Source of the DNA: Lama guanicoe
Lineage: Eukaryota
Assembly: GCA_013239625.1 (NCBI GenBank)
Contig: MU053561.1
Coordinates: forward strand, 2,434,283 to 2,498,282
Direction: 5' to 3'
DNA length: 64,000 nt
Shown here one piece after another: positions 13,420 to 26,770 of the stretch (within the stretch, counting starts at the first letter, position 1; every line of letters begins with the position of its first letter). The position numbers and the translations under genes are program-made. A model generated the notes under the pieces. That model was not told the DNA's origin. It saw nothing but the letters and a program-made list of their open reading frames with translations, and ran no database searches.

Positions 13420-16400
13420 TTTTTTAATTGAAATGTAGTTAATTTACAATGTTCTATTAGTTTCAGGGGAATAGCAAAGTGATTCAATTATACACACACA
13501 TATATATATACACACACATATATATTCTTTTTCAGATTCTTTTTCATTATAGGTTATTACAAGATATTGAATATTGTTTCCTATATTATACAGTATAACC
13601 CTGTTGTTTATCTGTTTTATATACAGTAGTGTATATGTGTTAATCTCAAACTCCTAATTTATCTGTGTCCTGCTTTTTCACTTTTGGTAAACATAAGTTT
13701 GTTTTCTATGCCTGTGAGTCTATTTCTGTCCCAGTCATGCATGTACATACATATATTTGTTTTCATATTATTTTTCATTAGAGGTTATTAAGATATTGAA
13801 TATACTTCCCTGTGCTATACAGAAGAAATTTGTTTTTTATCTATTTTTATATATAGTGGTTAACATTTGCAAATCTCTAACTCCCAAATTTATCCCTTCC
13901 ACCCCCTTTCCCCTGGTAACCATAAAATTGTTCACTATGTCTGAGAGAATGTTTTTCGTTGTAGATGAGTTCATTGGTGCACTCTTTTTTCTTTTTTTCT
14001 GTTTTTTAGGTTCTACATGAGTGGTATCATATGGTATTTTTCTTTCTGTTTCTGGCTTACTTCACTTAGAATGATGATATCCAGGTCCATCCATGTGGCT
14101 GCAAATGGCATCATTTTGTTCTTTTTTTTTATCACTGAATAGTAGTCCATTATATAAATATACCACAGCTTCTTTATCCAGTCATCTGTCAATGGATATT
14201 TAGGTTGCTTCCGTGTCTCAGCTATTGTAAACAGTGCTGTTATGAGCATTGGGGTGCATGTATCTTTTCAAATTAGAGTTCTCTCTGGACATAGAAGTGG
14301 GATTGCTGGATCATATGGTAAGTCTATTTTTAGTCATTTAAGGACTCTTCATACTGTTTTCCATAATGGCCGCACCAAACTACATTCACACCAACAGTGT
14401 AGGAGGATTCCCTTTTTTCCACACCCTCTCCAGCATTTATCATTTGTAGACTTTTGAGTGATGGCCATTCTGACTGGTGTGAGGTGATACCTCATTGTAG
14501 TTTCGATTGTATTTCTCTGATAATTTGTGATATTGAGCATTTGTTCATGTGCCTATTGGCCCTTTGTTTGTCTTCATTGGAGAATTGCTCGTTTAGGTCT
14601 TTTGCCCATTTTTGGATTGGGTTATTTGGTTTTTTGTTGTTATTAAGTTGTATGAGCTGTTTATATATTCTGGAAATTAAGCCCTTGTCAGTCTCACCTT
14701 TTGCAAATATTTTCTTCCATTCCATTTTTATTTTGCTTATGGTTTCCCTCGTGTGCAAAAGCTTATAAGTTTAATTAGGTCCCATTTGTTAATTTTTTCT
14801 TTTATTTCTATTGCCTGGTAGACTGCCCTAGGAGAACATTGCTAAGATTTATGTCAGAAAGTGTTTTGCTTATGTTTTTTTCTAAGAGGCTTATAGCGTT
14901 TCTTATGTTTAAGTCTTTAAGCCATTATGAGTTTATTTTTGTGTCTGGTGTGAGGGAGTGTTCGAACTTCATTGATTTACATGCAGCTGTCCAGTTTTCC
15001 CAACACCACTTGCTGAAGAGACTGTCTTCTCTTCATTGTATGTTCTTGCCTCCTTTGTCAAAGGTTAATTGACCATAGGTCTGTGGGTTCATTTCTGGGC
15101 TCTCCATTCTGTTCCATTGATCCATATGTCTATTTTTGTGCCAATACCATGCTGTTTTGACTACTCTAGCTCTGTATTATTGTCTGAAGTCTGGGAGGGT
15201 TATTCCTCCAGCTTTGCTCTTTTTCTCCAGTATTGCTTTGGCAATCCTGGGTCATTTGTGAGTCCATAAAAATTTTAGGATTGTTTGTTGTAGTTCTGTG
15301 AAAAATGTCCTGGGTAATTTGATAGGGATTGCATTAAATCTGTAGTTTACCTTGGGCAGTATGGCCATTTTAACAATATTGATTCTTCCAATCCAAGAGC
15401 ATGAGATATCTTTCCATTTCTTTAAGTCATCTTTAATTTCCTTAATCAATATTTTATAGTTCTCCATGTATTAGTCTTTCATCTCCTTGGTCAGATTTAT
15501 TCCTAAGTATTTTATTGTTTTGGATGCAATTTTAAAGGATATTGTTCCTTTACTTCCTTTTCCTGCTATTTCATTGTTAGTATAAAGAAATGCAGCTGTA
15601 TGTTAACCTTGTATTGTGCTCCCTTGCCAAATTGTTTTAGCAGCTCTAGTAGTTTTCCTGTGGAGCTTTTAGGATTTTCTATATATAGTATCATGTCATC
15701 TGCATATAGTGACAATTTTACCTCTTCTTTTCCATTTTGGATCCCCTTTATTTCTTTTTCTTGCCTGATTGCTGTGGCTAGGACTTCCAAGACTATGTTG
15801 AATAGAAGCAGTGAGAGTGGGCATCCTTGTCTTGTGCCAGATTTTAGTGGGAAGGCTTTCAGGTTTTCACCATTGAGTATTATTGCTGGTTGTGGGTTTG
15901 TTATAGCTTTATGTTGAGATAAGTTCCCTCTATACCCACTTTGGCAATTTTTTTTGTCTTAAATGGGTGTTGAATTTTATCAAATACTTTTTCTGCATCT
16001 ATTTAGATGATTGTGTGATTTTTATCCTTCCTTTTGTTGATGTGGTGTATCACACTGATTGATTTATGTACATTGAACCATCCTTGTGACCCTGGGATGA
16101 ATCCAACTTGATCATGGTGTATGATGTTTTTTATGTGCTGTTGGATTCTGTTTGATATTTTGTTGAGTATTTTTGCATCTATGTTATTCAATGATATTGG
16201 CCTGTAATTTTCCTTTTTGGTAGTGTCTTTGTCTGGTTTTGGTATCAGGGTGATGACAGCTTCATAGAATGAGTTTGGGAGTGCTCCCTCCTTTTCAATC
16301 TTTTGGAAGAGTTTGAGAAGGATTGATATGGGTTCTTTGTGTGTTTGGTGGAATTTCCCAGTGAAGCCATTTGGTCCTGGATTTTTGTTTGTAGGAAGGT

Positions 16401-19400
16401 CTTTTGTTGCTGATTCTATTTCATTTCTAGTGATTGGTCTGTTTCTTCTTGATGCAATCTTGGTGGACTATATGTTTCCAGAAACCTGTCCATTTCTTCT
16501 AGGTTGTCCAGTTTGTTTCCACATAGTTGTTCATAGTAATCTCATGTTTTTTTGTATTTCTGTAGTATGGGTTGTAATTTCTCCATTTTCCTTTCTTATT
16601 TTGTTTATTGTGTTCTCTCTTTTCTTGGTGAGCCTGGCCAGAGGTTGGTCAATTTGTTTACTCTTAAAAAAAAAAAACTCTTGGTTTGATTAATTTTTTC
16701 TATTATTTTTTTATCTCTATTTTAATTGTTTCCTCCCTAATCTTTATTATTATTATTCCTTCTGCTGACTTTAGGTTTTGTTTGCTCTTTTTCTAATTAT
16801 TTCAGGTGACAGGTTAAGCTGTTTACTTGAGATTGTTCTTTTTTTTTTTTTTTTTGAGGAAGGCCTGTTAATCGCTATAAACTTCCCTCTTAGGATTTCT
16901 TTTGCTGCATCCCATAAATTTCGTTTGGTTGTATTTTCATTGTCATTTGTCTCAAAGTATTTTTTAGACAAGATTGGGCGTGTTCAGGGTGGTATGGCCA
17001 TAGACCCAAAGTATTTTTTAATTTCTTCTTTGATTCCATCATTGTATTTGTGCTTTTCCTATTGTGATTTTTCCTTTTCCTATGGAGTCTTGCTTCTTTT
17101 CTATTTAAAGAAGACATTTGAACATTTCTTTTAGGGTAGGGTTAATATTACAGAATTTTTTAGCTTTTGCTTGTCTGAGGTATTCTTTATTTTTTCTCCT
17201 ATTCTAAAAGATAACCTACATAGAGTAACCTAGGTTTCAGAATTTTTCCTTTCAGGACCTTGAATGTATCATGCCACTCCCTTCTGGCCTGCAAAGTTTC
17301 TGCAGTAAAATCAGCCGATAGCCTAATGGGAGTTCCTTTATAACTGACTGTTTTTCTCTTGCTGCCTTCAGAATCCTCTCTTTATTTTTAACTTTTGCCA
17401 TTTTAATTATGATTATGTCTTGGTGTGGGTCTATTTGGGTTCATCTTGTTTGGAACCCTTTGTGCTTCCTATACCTGAACATGTTTCCTTCTTTAGGTTT
17501 GGGAATTTTTCGGCCATAATTTCTTCAAATACATTTTCAATCCCCTTTGCCCTCTCTCCTCCTTCTGGGCCCCCTATTATGTTTAGGTTGGCACATTTTA
17601 CATTATCCCATAGATCTCATCTATTATGTTTATTTTTTAAAATTTATCTTTCTGTTTGCTGTTCTGATTGGGTGATTTCCATTATTCTGTCTTCCAGATG
17701 ACTTATTTGTTCTTCTGTGTCATTTATTCTGCTCTTCATTGCTTCTAGATTGGTTTTTATCTTAGCAATTGAATTGTCTAATTTTGATTGGTTCATCATT
17801 ATAGTTTCTAGTTCCTTATTACAGTGATCTGCATTTCTATTGGTAATCTTTCTGAATTCCTTTAGCATTTTCATTACTTCCTTTTTGAATTTGGGTTCTA
17901 GTAGGCTGGTGAGGTCCGTTTCATTGTTTGCTCTTTTAGGGGATTTCTCTTGTTCTTTTAATTGAGAGTAGTTCCTCTGCTTTTTCATTTTACTTAACTT
18001 TCTCTTTCTCTGTGAATTTAGGAGAAATAGTTACCTACTGGGATCTTGAAGGGGTGTTTTATGTGGGAACGTCCTTGTGTGGACTGTGTTAGTGCGATAT
18101 TTTTGGTACAGTGGCTGGTTTTGGTATGGATGCCAGCCATTTCTTTCCTCAGAGTATGCTGGATGTTACCCCCTTGATAGAAGGTGTGATTGATGTTGTT
18201 GGGTTTACAGCCTGTGCTCTGTGGCTGTCACCACCCTGTCGGGATGTGGTCTGCTCCCTAGTTGTTGGAGTAGAAAGCCCCAAATTTGATCAGGCTCTGT
18301 TGCCCTTGAGTGCATGCCCTGTTCCAAAGGATATGACCCCGAAGCAAGTGAGTCCTGTGTGCTCACAGGGAACCTATGTGCTCACTGCCCACACAGGCTT
18401 TGCAGTTCCACCCAGAAACAGCCCAAGGTTAATTCTCTTTCTCTGTTGTGTTCCTCCCAGACCTAGTGCTAGGCTGTGGTGTGGAGCTGAGGGCCAGGGC
18501 ACTGTGGTTCCAGGAATTGAGACGTATGTGCTGCTGCCTCTGCGGTAGACCTCTCCCAGGACCTGTCTGCCCCAGATGCAGTGACAAGCTGCAGCGTGGG
18601 TTGAGTGGAGCCAGCACTCTCCCCCAGGGAAATGAGCCACCACATACTCCTGCCCAGGGCCTGTCCTCCTGAGATGCAGCACCCAGCTGCTGCCATGTTC
18701 CTGTAGGGCTGACAGTGTCCACTGCAGCCTGACCCACCCCGACGATTCACATGCCCTGACAGTGGTCCCTGTGGTTCCCCCCGGGCCATACCCCAAGCCC
18801 TCTGGGCTGTTTAGCGTCTGAGCACAGGTAGATCAAGTCCTCTCCCACGCTGGTCTGCCCAGCATGCAGCACTTAGTTAGCCTCTGTGTGTTCTTGTGGT
18901 GCCACCCAGCACATGCACTGACGTCTGTCTGGCTCAATCTGCTGCCCCCATGTGTGCGCTGACCGTAGTCTCTGCGATTTGGTCCGAATCACACCCCAGG
19001 TGCCCTGGACTGTTTCTGCGCAGGTAGACTGAATCTTTGCCCTGATCCCATGCCAGGCTGTGGTGCAGAGTGAGCAGAGCCAGGGCGCTCCCCTCTTTGG
19101 ATTGAGGAGAGCAGTGAGGTGGCAGCCACCAGCACGGGTCTCTCTCTGCGCTGATTGGTAGCAAGCCAGCATGCATGCACTCCTGGCAAGGAGAGTCTCG
19201 GCTTTTCCAGCCCCTCTATCTGTCCCCGCAGATTTCCCAGCAGACAGGGGTGCTCCCTGGGGTGAGGGTCTGCCTGTGTGGAGCTTCTGCTCCTTAAAGA
19301 TCACTCCCAGAGGCACCAGTTCCACCCTGATGACTTTTTTCTCTGTCCTACCTGGGTATGTGGAGATCTCTCTTGCAGCTTTGGTTTTTATAGGGCATCT

Positions 19401-19511
19401 TCTGCAAGTTCCAGTTGGTTTTCTGTGAGAATTGTTCCACATGTAGATGTATTTTTGATGTGTTTGTGGAGGGAGATAAGCTCCTGCTACTTTGCCGTTT
19501 CATCCCCCTCC
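13420..19511 (-). mobile_element. Near full-length dead L1 with internal deletion of the ORF2 endonuclease region
   Basis: GC-rich 5' UTR at about 18030-19511; ORF1 N-terminus (17644-17988, MKKQRNYSQLKEQEKSP); RT peptides ([28 protein letters not shown]); ORF2 C-terminus; 3' UTR. Many frameshifts. Sequence jumps from ORF2 ...[13 protein letters not shown] to the ORF1-end region at about 17045. Confidence 0.93.
16966..17005 (-). pseudogene. Tailless 5S rRNA retropseudogene (5S nt 1-40)
   Basis: Minus strand reads GTCTATGGCCATACCACCCTGAACACGCCCAATCTTGTCT, 36/40 identical to the mammalian 5S 5' end with all 4 differences being CpG transitions; 13-bp TSD CAAAGTATTTTTT at 16953-16965 and 17007-17019. 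Confidence 0.93.
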
Positions 19512-22173
19512 AACCTCTCTTTTATATTTTTAACCTCTTTGTTTCTCTATACTGCACCATGTGTAATTCTTCAACTCTTACTTCTGATTAACTAATTCTC
19601 CCAGTGGTATCCAATCTGCAACTTAACCTGACCAGTGAGTTTTAAAAATCAATTATTTAATTTTCATTTCTAGATATTCTGTCTGGTTCTTTTTCAAACT
19701 TTTCTGATCAGTTTTTAAAGTCTCTTACTCAGGCTTCCATTCCCTTTTTCACTGAACACATTTAAAAGGCTCATTTTATATTCTGTACTAATGGTTTCAA
19801 TATTCAAAGACTTTTCATTCCATATCTCCTGTTTGTTTATACCAACTCTTGTTTGTGGTAGTTTTTTTTTCTATCTGTGCTTAGTGATTTTATTAGGAGC
19901 GTATATTTTGGGGAATTCCATTTGCTGAAATTCTTTGAGGCCTGGGTTTAGAGTTCATTTCTTCCAAGGATATTTCCTTTTGCTTATATGAAGCATTGGA
20001 ACTTTACCAACTAGGAACCCTTTAAACTTCATTCTTGGTTGAGGGTTCTTGGGGGCTGGAGGTGTTGTGAATTCAGGCCTCAAACCTACAGGGTGACTGG
20101 CTGGTATAAACATAGTCTCAGGGGAGTGTTTTTCTCTCTTCACTCAGAATCAGAACCAAATGAGATAATTGCCCTTTGGGGGAGTGGCGATCCTAGCTTA
20201 TGTGAGTCTCCAATTAGAGCCCCTTGCTTGTGTGGCACCTTAGCTGTGTCTCTGTATTCCGCATGGCTCTTAGGACAGAAGCTTTTGGTCCCTGGGAAAT
20301 GTAGATGGCCGCTGTTCTGCACTGTCTACCTGTCTGGTTTCGTGTGTTGCCTTCATTTTTGGCCTCGGCAAATCTCTCTCCTTTCTTGCCAGCAAAATCA
20401 TGTGTTCAAAAACTGGTGTGTGGTTTTGCTTTGTTTTTGTTTCATTCAGCATTTTAAACATTTTAAAAGTAAGATTGCTGTTTTTTAAAGGATATTTATA
20501 TTCACTATTGCTGGAAATTTACATTTTCATTCTCAGCAAAGTTCCTTTTTCTTTTAGAGTCATTTGTAGAGTATTTTGTAAGTCATTTGTGGAGAGAAAT
20601 GACTGAAGAGGTGCAAGTTTCACACATAATCAAGCACAGCTGTTATGCATTAATTCCTTTTCTGGGTTCCCTTCTTGACCGCAGCCAACCAGGTCTTCTA
20701 TTTCCTAGCCTCCAGGGCATTTTGTTATAATTCATAGCACCAGCAAGACTTCACATAGTACAATTTTTAAACGATTATTTTCCTTCAGAGAAGAAGAGAA
20801 ATGATCACTTCCCCCACAAATGGCTGCTCAGAAGTTAAGAATGTGTTAGTTTCCCTTAATAACAGTGTTGATGCTTAATTTATTCATTACTTCAATAAGT
20901 TTTAAAGTCCTATGTGCTAGACGCTCTGAGGGAAGCATTCTCTATGGTGGAATATTTGCTCAACAAATATTTATTAAGTTCCTACCATTGTACCAAGAAC
21001 TGGAAAAACAGCATGAAAAAAGCATAGAGACAAGAAACAGTCTGGCCTCTTTAGGGGCCCAAAGTGGTTTAGAATAGATGGAACATGGAGGAGGTAGGGG
21101 GCCAGAATTGGGGCCAGAAATTGAAATAAAGTATCCACAGATTTATTTATCTGCATGAGCTTGTAATTGGGCTCCAACTTTCTAAACTTTCAGAAGTCTT
21201 GTGCATTTTTCACTTTTGATGTTCAAATCAATACTTGAGGTTTAAATCTTAAGCTTTTACTAGAACCCGGTGTCTGGATGTGTTGAAGTCTTAATGGAAA
21301 GATAAAACAGAACTCTTGCGTTTCATCATAGCTCTATAACCAATCTCTGGGCCAGTGCCAGGCCCTGGGTACAGTGGGTTATGGTGGCCCACAAGAGTCT
21401 GGGAAGGGAGTCGGGGATGGGTATGAGAGAACAGAGTATGACCTTCTTGCATGTCGTGCCGGGGGAAGGCAGGAAGCCTGAATCTACAGGAGAAAGCTGA
21501 GACCAGGAGCCTGGAACTCAGGCTGGACCAGAGGGGAAAGACCAAGAGCAGAGTCTGAAATTACAGGTGCCCTGGGTTCAAGCCCAGCTCCGGGGCAGAG
21601 GCAGGGGCAGGTTCCAGGAAGGCCGGGGGCCTTCCTTTGTGTCTGTAACAGACAGGTCCACAGAGGAGTTCAATTCGGGGACAGCTGTTGATCCTAGCAC
21701 AGGGAGTGTCTCCCCTGCCTCAGGTTTCAGAACTGTCCTTGGTGTGGGCAACCAAGCCTTGTCGTGGTGGACAGGGCAGCCCCAGGGTCGGTGGCTGATA
21801 AGTGCAGCTCAGACAGGCCAGGCCCTCAAGGAATAGGCCTGGCCGCCTGATTGCCATGCCTCCATCCTCACAAACTTTGCAGAACTGTCCCCATGTCTAA
21901 AAGATGAGAATGTGGGCTCTAACAGGTGAGGCTTTGCAGTGCACCTCCCGGTGGGACTTTTGGAAGACTGCACAACTGACCCGTACTGATTTCCAGGATA
22001 CAGTGGCCTGCTTTTCTCTGGGGATGCTTTCTAGTGTTACTAAAATAAACGGAGTGGGTGGTAGAAGCCTTGGAGTGTACAAATATGACCCATTTCAGAA
22101 CACAGAGGCTTTAGACGTGCTTGGGTAGAGAAAAGCTCTGAGGGTCTCAGATGTGCTTGTTTCCAGCTTTCTT

Positions 22174-22298
22174 TTGATAATTAATTTTGAGGAGGGGGAG
22201 TAATTGGGTTTATTTATTTTTAATGGAGGCACTGGGGATTGAACCCAGGACCTTGTGCATGCTAAGCACACACTCTACCACGAGCTATACCTGCCCCC
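22174..22298 (-). mobile_element. tRNA-derived SINE (camelid vic-1-like)
   Basis: Pol III A and B boxes on the minus strand (TAGCTCGTGGTAGAG, GGTTCAATCCC); AATA/C-rich tail; TSD AGCTTTCTT at 22165-22173 and 22299-22307. Confidence 0.88.
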
Positions 22299-24745
22299 AG
22301 CTTTCTTAATGCATAAACAATGAACTGATCCCAGGGCTAGGCTTTGAGAGGAGACGGCCCAAGTACTTCTCGGAATCTCTTCAGTGAAGTGCATATTTCC
22401 TGAAGGCAGGACAAGGGGTGAAAAGTCAGCCACTGTGGCTCCAGGGTGTGGCAAAGGTGATGTGGATTACAGACCATCAGAGCTCTGTGGCCTTCCATCT
22501 GACGGAGGCTCAGATCACAGTGACTGATGGGGGAGAGGGTTAACAGAGACAGCCTACCCTGTCCTTTCCCCTCAGACCTTCTCCTGCCTCCCAGCTCCCA
22601 TCCTAAACCCCAGGACTGGCCCTCCTCCTCTCTCCTGGGTTCTGAGGTTCGCCTTCCTGCCCTGTCTCTTAAATCCATGAAGGAAAGAGAAGGGAGAGCA
22701 GACTCTAGGCTGGGTCTTCAGGAGAGATGTCAGAGGCCAGTCAGAGCTGAGCTGAGCTTTGTGTGGGACCCGCTTTTGATAAGGAGAGAGGTGGATGGAT
22801 GCACTAGGCAGAGGGTAACATGGGTGATGCACAGATAAGCCTGATAAGAACATGGGGCTCCAGATGGGGAGGAGGGTTAGGGAGGCAGCATGGGGCATTT
22901 TGGGATGACCTTAAATTGACTTTTAACCTACAGCGATGAGAAGTCATTTAAACTGAGGGGGTACTAAGAAGGGGTAAAAAATAAAAATTAACATGTATAA
23001 TTTTAAAATAATAGCTAATACGTACACTTTACAAATCATGATTTGCTTCTTCATCTCCAGTCCTGTGGAGACAGATGTATTCCATCTGGACACAGGTGTT
23101 GGATGGAGTGCAGCATTCTCAATGTCCAAGTCCCGGCTCTCACTGGGGCTTCCTTGGGTGAAGAACATCAGGTCCTCTGTGGAGCTGATGAGGAGGGAGG
23201 GATGGGAGTGCCTTCTCTCTGTGTCGTCCATTCCAGAAATGACCAGGCTGTCACCGGGCAATGCCCTGCCCTGTCCGGGCAGGGCCAGAGGAGGAGGCAG
23301 GCAGAGAGCAAGGTGATGGGGGACCAGTGGGGGAGGAGGCCCTGGAGATGGCCCAGCAGCCCAGACAGCGACAGCGGTGGATCGTGGAAGAGAACGTGCT
23401 CACCTCTAACCTCCCTCCAGGTGCTGCGAGCGCCCCTGGGAATCTCTGTCCACCTCCAGCTGGAGAGACAGACAATTAGGCCATTTCAGCTCAGACCACA
23501 CAGACCGCTTAGGAGTCACCCGGTTTTTCTAACAGTACAGACTCTTCGTGGGACGTTCAACAAAGGGTTGAAGTGTGTTTGTTACCAAACACAATGGGGT
23601 CAGTTATACTGGAAATGTTTTTTCTCCTCAGTGAGAATAAGGAGGAACGGGAAAGACAGGTGTGATTAAAGAAAGGACTAGTAGTCAACTCTGTGTTGAC
23701 TTTTGTCTGGCTCCGCTTGTGCGACGGGAGAGCGGTGTGCACCAGGCTGGCGAAACACTCATGTGAGCTTCGTGGGCGTTCGGGGGAAGGTATAAACGAG
23801 CCGGCTGAAGAAGGAAACGGGATGCTTTGCCACAAACTCGGACACTGTTTAGCGGAAGGTGTCTAGTTAGGAACGTTGTGTGTTTTTCCACCTGACACTC
23901 CCCCTTCCCGTTTTCTTTCGCGTCTCAGACAAAAGGTAGCCCCAGAGAGGGAGGGACTTCAATTTGTGTAAAACTGAGCATGTTGTCTCTCTGTTGGTTA
24001 CAACTCTACAAAGTGTGAGCCTGGAAATGGATTTGAACCCTGGGATTTACAAAACTTTGGATTTATATAAAATATAGTGTAGTAATGAAGACCATAGATG
24101 GTGGAGTCTAATTTCCCAGGGATGAACCCTTGGATGAATTAACACTATACCTCGGGTTTCCCATCTGTAACACAAAGATAACAGTACCCACTTCAAAGGG
24201 CTGTTGTGGGTTTAAAGGAGATAAATGAGGTCATGTACTCAGTAAATGTCAGTGATCATTGTTGTTAACAAAGGTTTTAGGAGGCATGTGCAGAATACTT
24301 AACTGTGCAGGGGCAAGGCCAGAGCAAATCCCAGGGGATAGCAAATTACAGAATCATATAACTACTGAACTTGAAAGAGACTTTCAGAATCATTCCAACC
24401 CTTATTTGGTACCAGAAACTCTTCCCTACCCACTTGTCTCCCTCGGTGGTTACTCAGGCCCTGTGCTACGCCCACGCCCAGCGATGGGAAGCTGCGGTCT
24501 TGGGCCCGTGCCAGAGAGCTCTGTTGGAAAGTTTCTCTGTATGCTGAATCTAAGCCTCATCTTTTAGAACTTTCACCTACCAGCTTTGTTGCTTCCAGAG
24601 TGATGGAGAACACAGAGCACCTTTCAAGTCTGAAATGATCATCGCTACAGTTAATCCTCTCTAAGTTAACTTACCCTGCTTTCTCTATTCTTCAAAAGGC
24701 ATGGCTTCTAATCACATCACCGCCCTGGTCCTGCTTCTCCTAGAT

Positions 24746-24931
24746 CAGTGATTCTCAACAGGGGTGACATATCTGGAGACATTTTAGGTTGTCACAAGAG
24801 GGGCAGGGGTGCTATTGGCATCCAGAAGAGGCCAGGGATGCTGTGACAGATCCCACAATGCACGGGACAGCCCCAACCACCAAGAATTATCTGGCCCAAA
24901 TAGTCAGTAGGGCTGAGCTCAAGAAATCCTG
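24746..24931 (+). mobile_element. MER20 (hAT-Charlie) DNA transposon
   Basis: CAGTGATTCTCAAC start, GGAGACATTTT...GTTGTCACAA, GAGGCCAGGGATGCTG, AAGAATTATCTGGCCCAAA, GAAATCCTG end; degenerate 8-bp TSD TCCTAGAT/TCCTAAGT. Confidence 0.85.
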
Positions 24932-25816
24932 TCCTAAGTACATGTTAATCAATGTTCTGCTTCAAGTATGGGCCCAAAATGTGCACAGAAGAGTGTCAGC
25001 TAACCCTGCCACTGGGCTGTCATTACTTTGCTATTAGCCTGAGACTTTAGTTTGAAGTTATTGTGGTCAGTTAAAGCCCCCTTTTGTGTGTTGCTACTAA
25101 CTCAGGGATGGCACACAGAGGGCCAGCATGCACGCTTACAAATCTCTAATCAGTGGGGGCCCTCTCTCCTGCTGAGCCCCGAGGCAGCCTTGCAGACTTT
25201 TCCAGCACAGTATCCAAGGACACCACTATCAATCATTCAAAAGAAGTTAGCATGTGAGATGGGATCTATTTGCTGGACGTGTCTCCCTGATTTTGTGGCA
25301 TCGGGGCCCTGATGTGATGTAATCCTGGAGCCTGTGCGTTGGAGGAGCATCCCCCATCCCCCATTCCCCACAGTGCTGTCTCACGACCCCTAGTGGCAGC
25401 TCGAAAGAAGAGGAGATGCCTTGACCACAAGACACCCAAGTGTCTCACAGGCAGTTTTCTAAAATCCCTTTCCTGAGCACAAAGCCATGCTGCCTCCTGT
25501 CAGTGTGGACAGAGCAGGGCTGCCCAGAAAGGATGTCCTCTCTCCCACACACACTCCTCAAGCTCCATGGAACAGCTCCTCCTCTTTGCCAGTTTCTCCC
25601 CCGGCCTCCACTCGCCACTCTTGACACTCATACTGTCAGTTCCCTAGATCAAAACTGACCTTGCTTTTCCCAATATAAAGTGACGCAGGAGAGGAAAGTA
25701 AAGATGGGAAACAAGATCTACACCCTGGATTCGTCAGGAAAAAAAACTTGAGTACAGCCATCTAAGTTTCTCAGAGGCCTAAAACCTATACCAATCAGTA
25801 TGTAGAAAATGGCTAT

Positions 25817-25958
25817 GGGGTGAGGGTAGAGCTCAGTGGTAGAGTGAGTGCTTAGCACGTGTGAGGTCCTGGGTTCGATCCCCAGCACCTCCATTAAAAG
25901 TGATAAATAAATAAACCTATTACCTTACCCCCCCCCAAAAAAGTATTTTTTTTTAATT
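25817..25958 (+). mobile_element. tRNA-derived SINE (vic-1-like)
   Basis: GGGGTGAGGGTAGAGCTCAGTGGTAGAG...GGTTCGATCCCCAG; TSD AGAAAATGG(C/T)TA at 25804-25815 and 25959-25970. Confidence 0.9.
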
Positions 25959-26549
25959 AGAAAATGGTTACATAATTTTACCTTGAAGCCCAGTGCTTCA
26001 CATTGTGTTTAAAATGATTCCTTTTCTGGGGGGGAAAAATAGAAAGAGAAACTTTTTGGATAGGCTGAAATAGATGCCTTCAGTTTCATCATTCCTTCAT
26101 AAGCCTAGTCACTTTGTTAGTTTACACAGTAATACGTCTGATTTATTCAAATATTGACTTGACTTACTCAAGTATTCTGCTTGTAATATTTAAAACAATT
26201 TATTGAGTTTAATCGGACATTCACTCACTTAGTTTTCAGAGTGTGAATCATTTATCAGGTACAGCAGTGGAGGTCAGCTAATGATGTATAAGGAATGCGG
26301 TATCTCTCAGTTTCCTAAGTATCTGAGAAGGAGGCAGAAACTGGAGAACACAGAAACCATTAATGTCTGAATGAAACAAAGAGCACTTTGTGTCTTCCAG
26401 GATGAGGGCTCGACACCACTGCGTAGCAGATCCAGAAAGCCCTTGTTTGCAGAACCCGAGCTGGAGGAGCTGTGCGGGGCGGGGCTGCGGGGAGCCTTCC
26501 CAGCTTGTGGCCTCCTGCCAGGTGGCACTTCTTCTAGAAGTATGGCTCA

Positions 26550-26770
26550 CAGGGGCACAGGCTCACAAGCTGGACTCCCTGGGTTTGAGACCTGGCTCTC
26601 CCATTTTCTAGCTGTGAGACCTCGGTCATTTACTTAAGCTAAGTTACTTAAGTTCCCGCCTGTAAAAAGGTAGCGACGGTGGTACTCACCTCACAGCACT
26701 GCTGTGGCGAAGGAGCGAGGCTGTCTGTATAGCACGGTTCACAGAACCTAACCGACAAGCACTGTTGTTC
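26550..26770 (+). mobile_element. MIR SINE, one of several degraded MIRs (others near 24080, 29350, 31240, 32290, 36830, 37450, 42300, 50520)
   Basis: MIR-like core: CCTGGGTTTGAGACCTGGCTCT...TAGCTGTGAGACCTCGGTCATTTACTTAA...CTGTAAAA. Confidence 0.6.

Noticed and set aside
18111..19595. Cluster of 100-190 aa ORFs
   Set aside because: They lie in the GC-rich L1 5' UTR, where stop codons are rare; no protein similarity recognised.
22944..23669. Overlapping ORFs, including the 208-aa ORF at 23043-23669
   Set aside because: No recognisable domain, non-ATG start and ORFs on both strands in a GC-rich patch; consistent with chance.
25817..25895. tRNA gene calls for the A/B-box sequences
   Set aside because: They have TSDs, a shared non-tRNA tail and divergent stems, so they are SINEs rather than tRNA genes.
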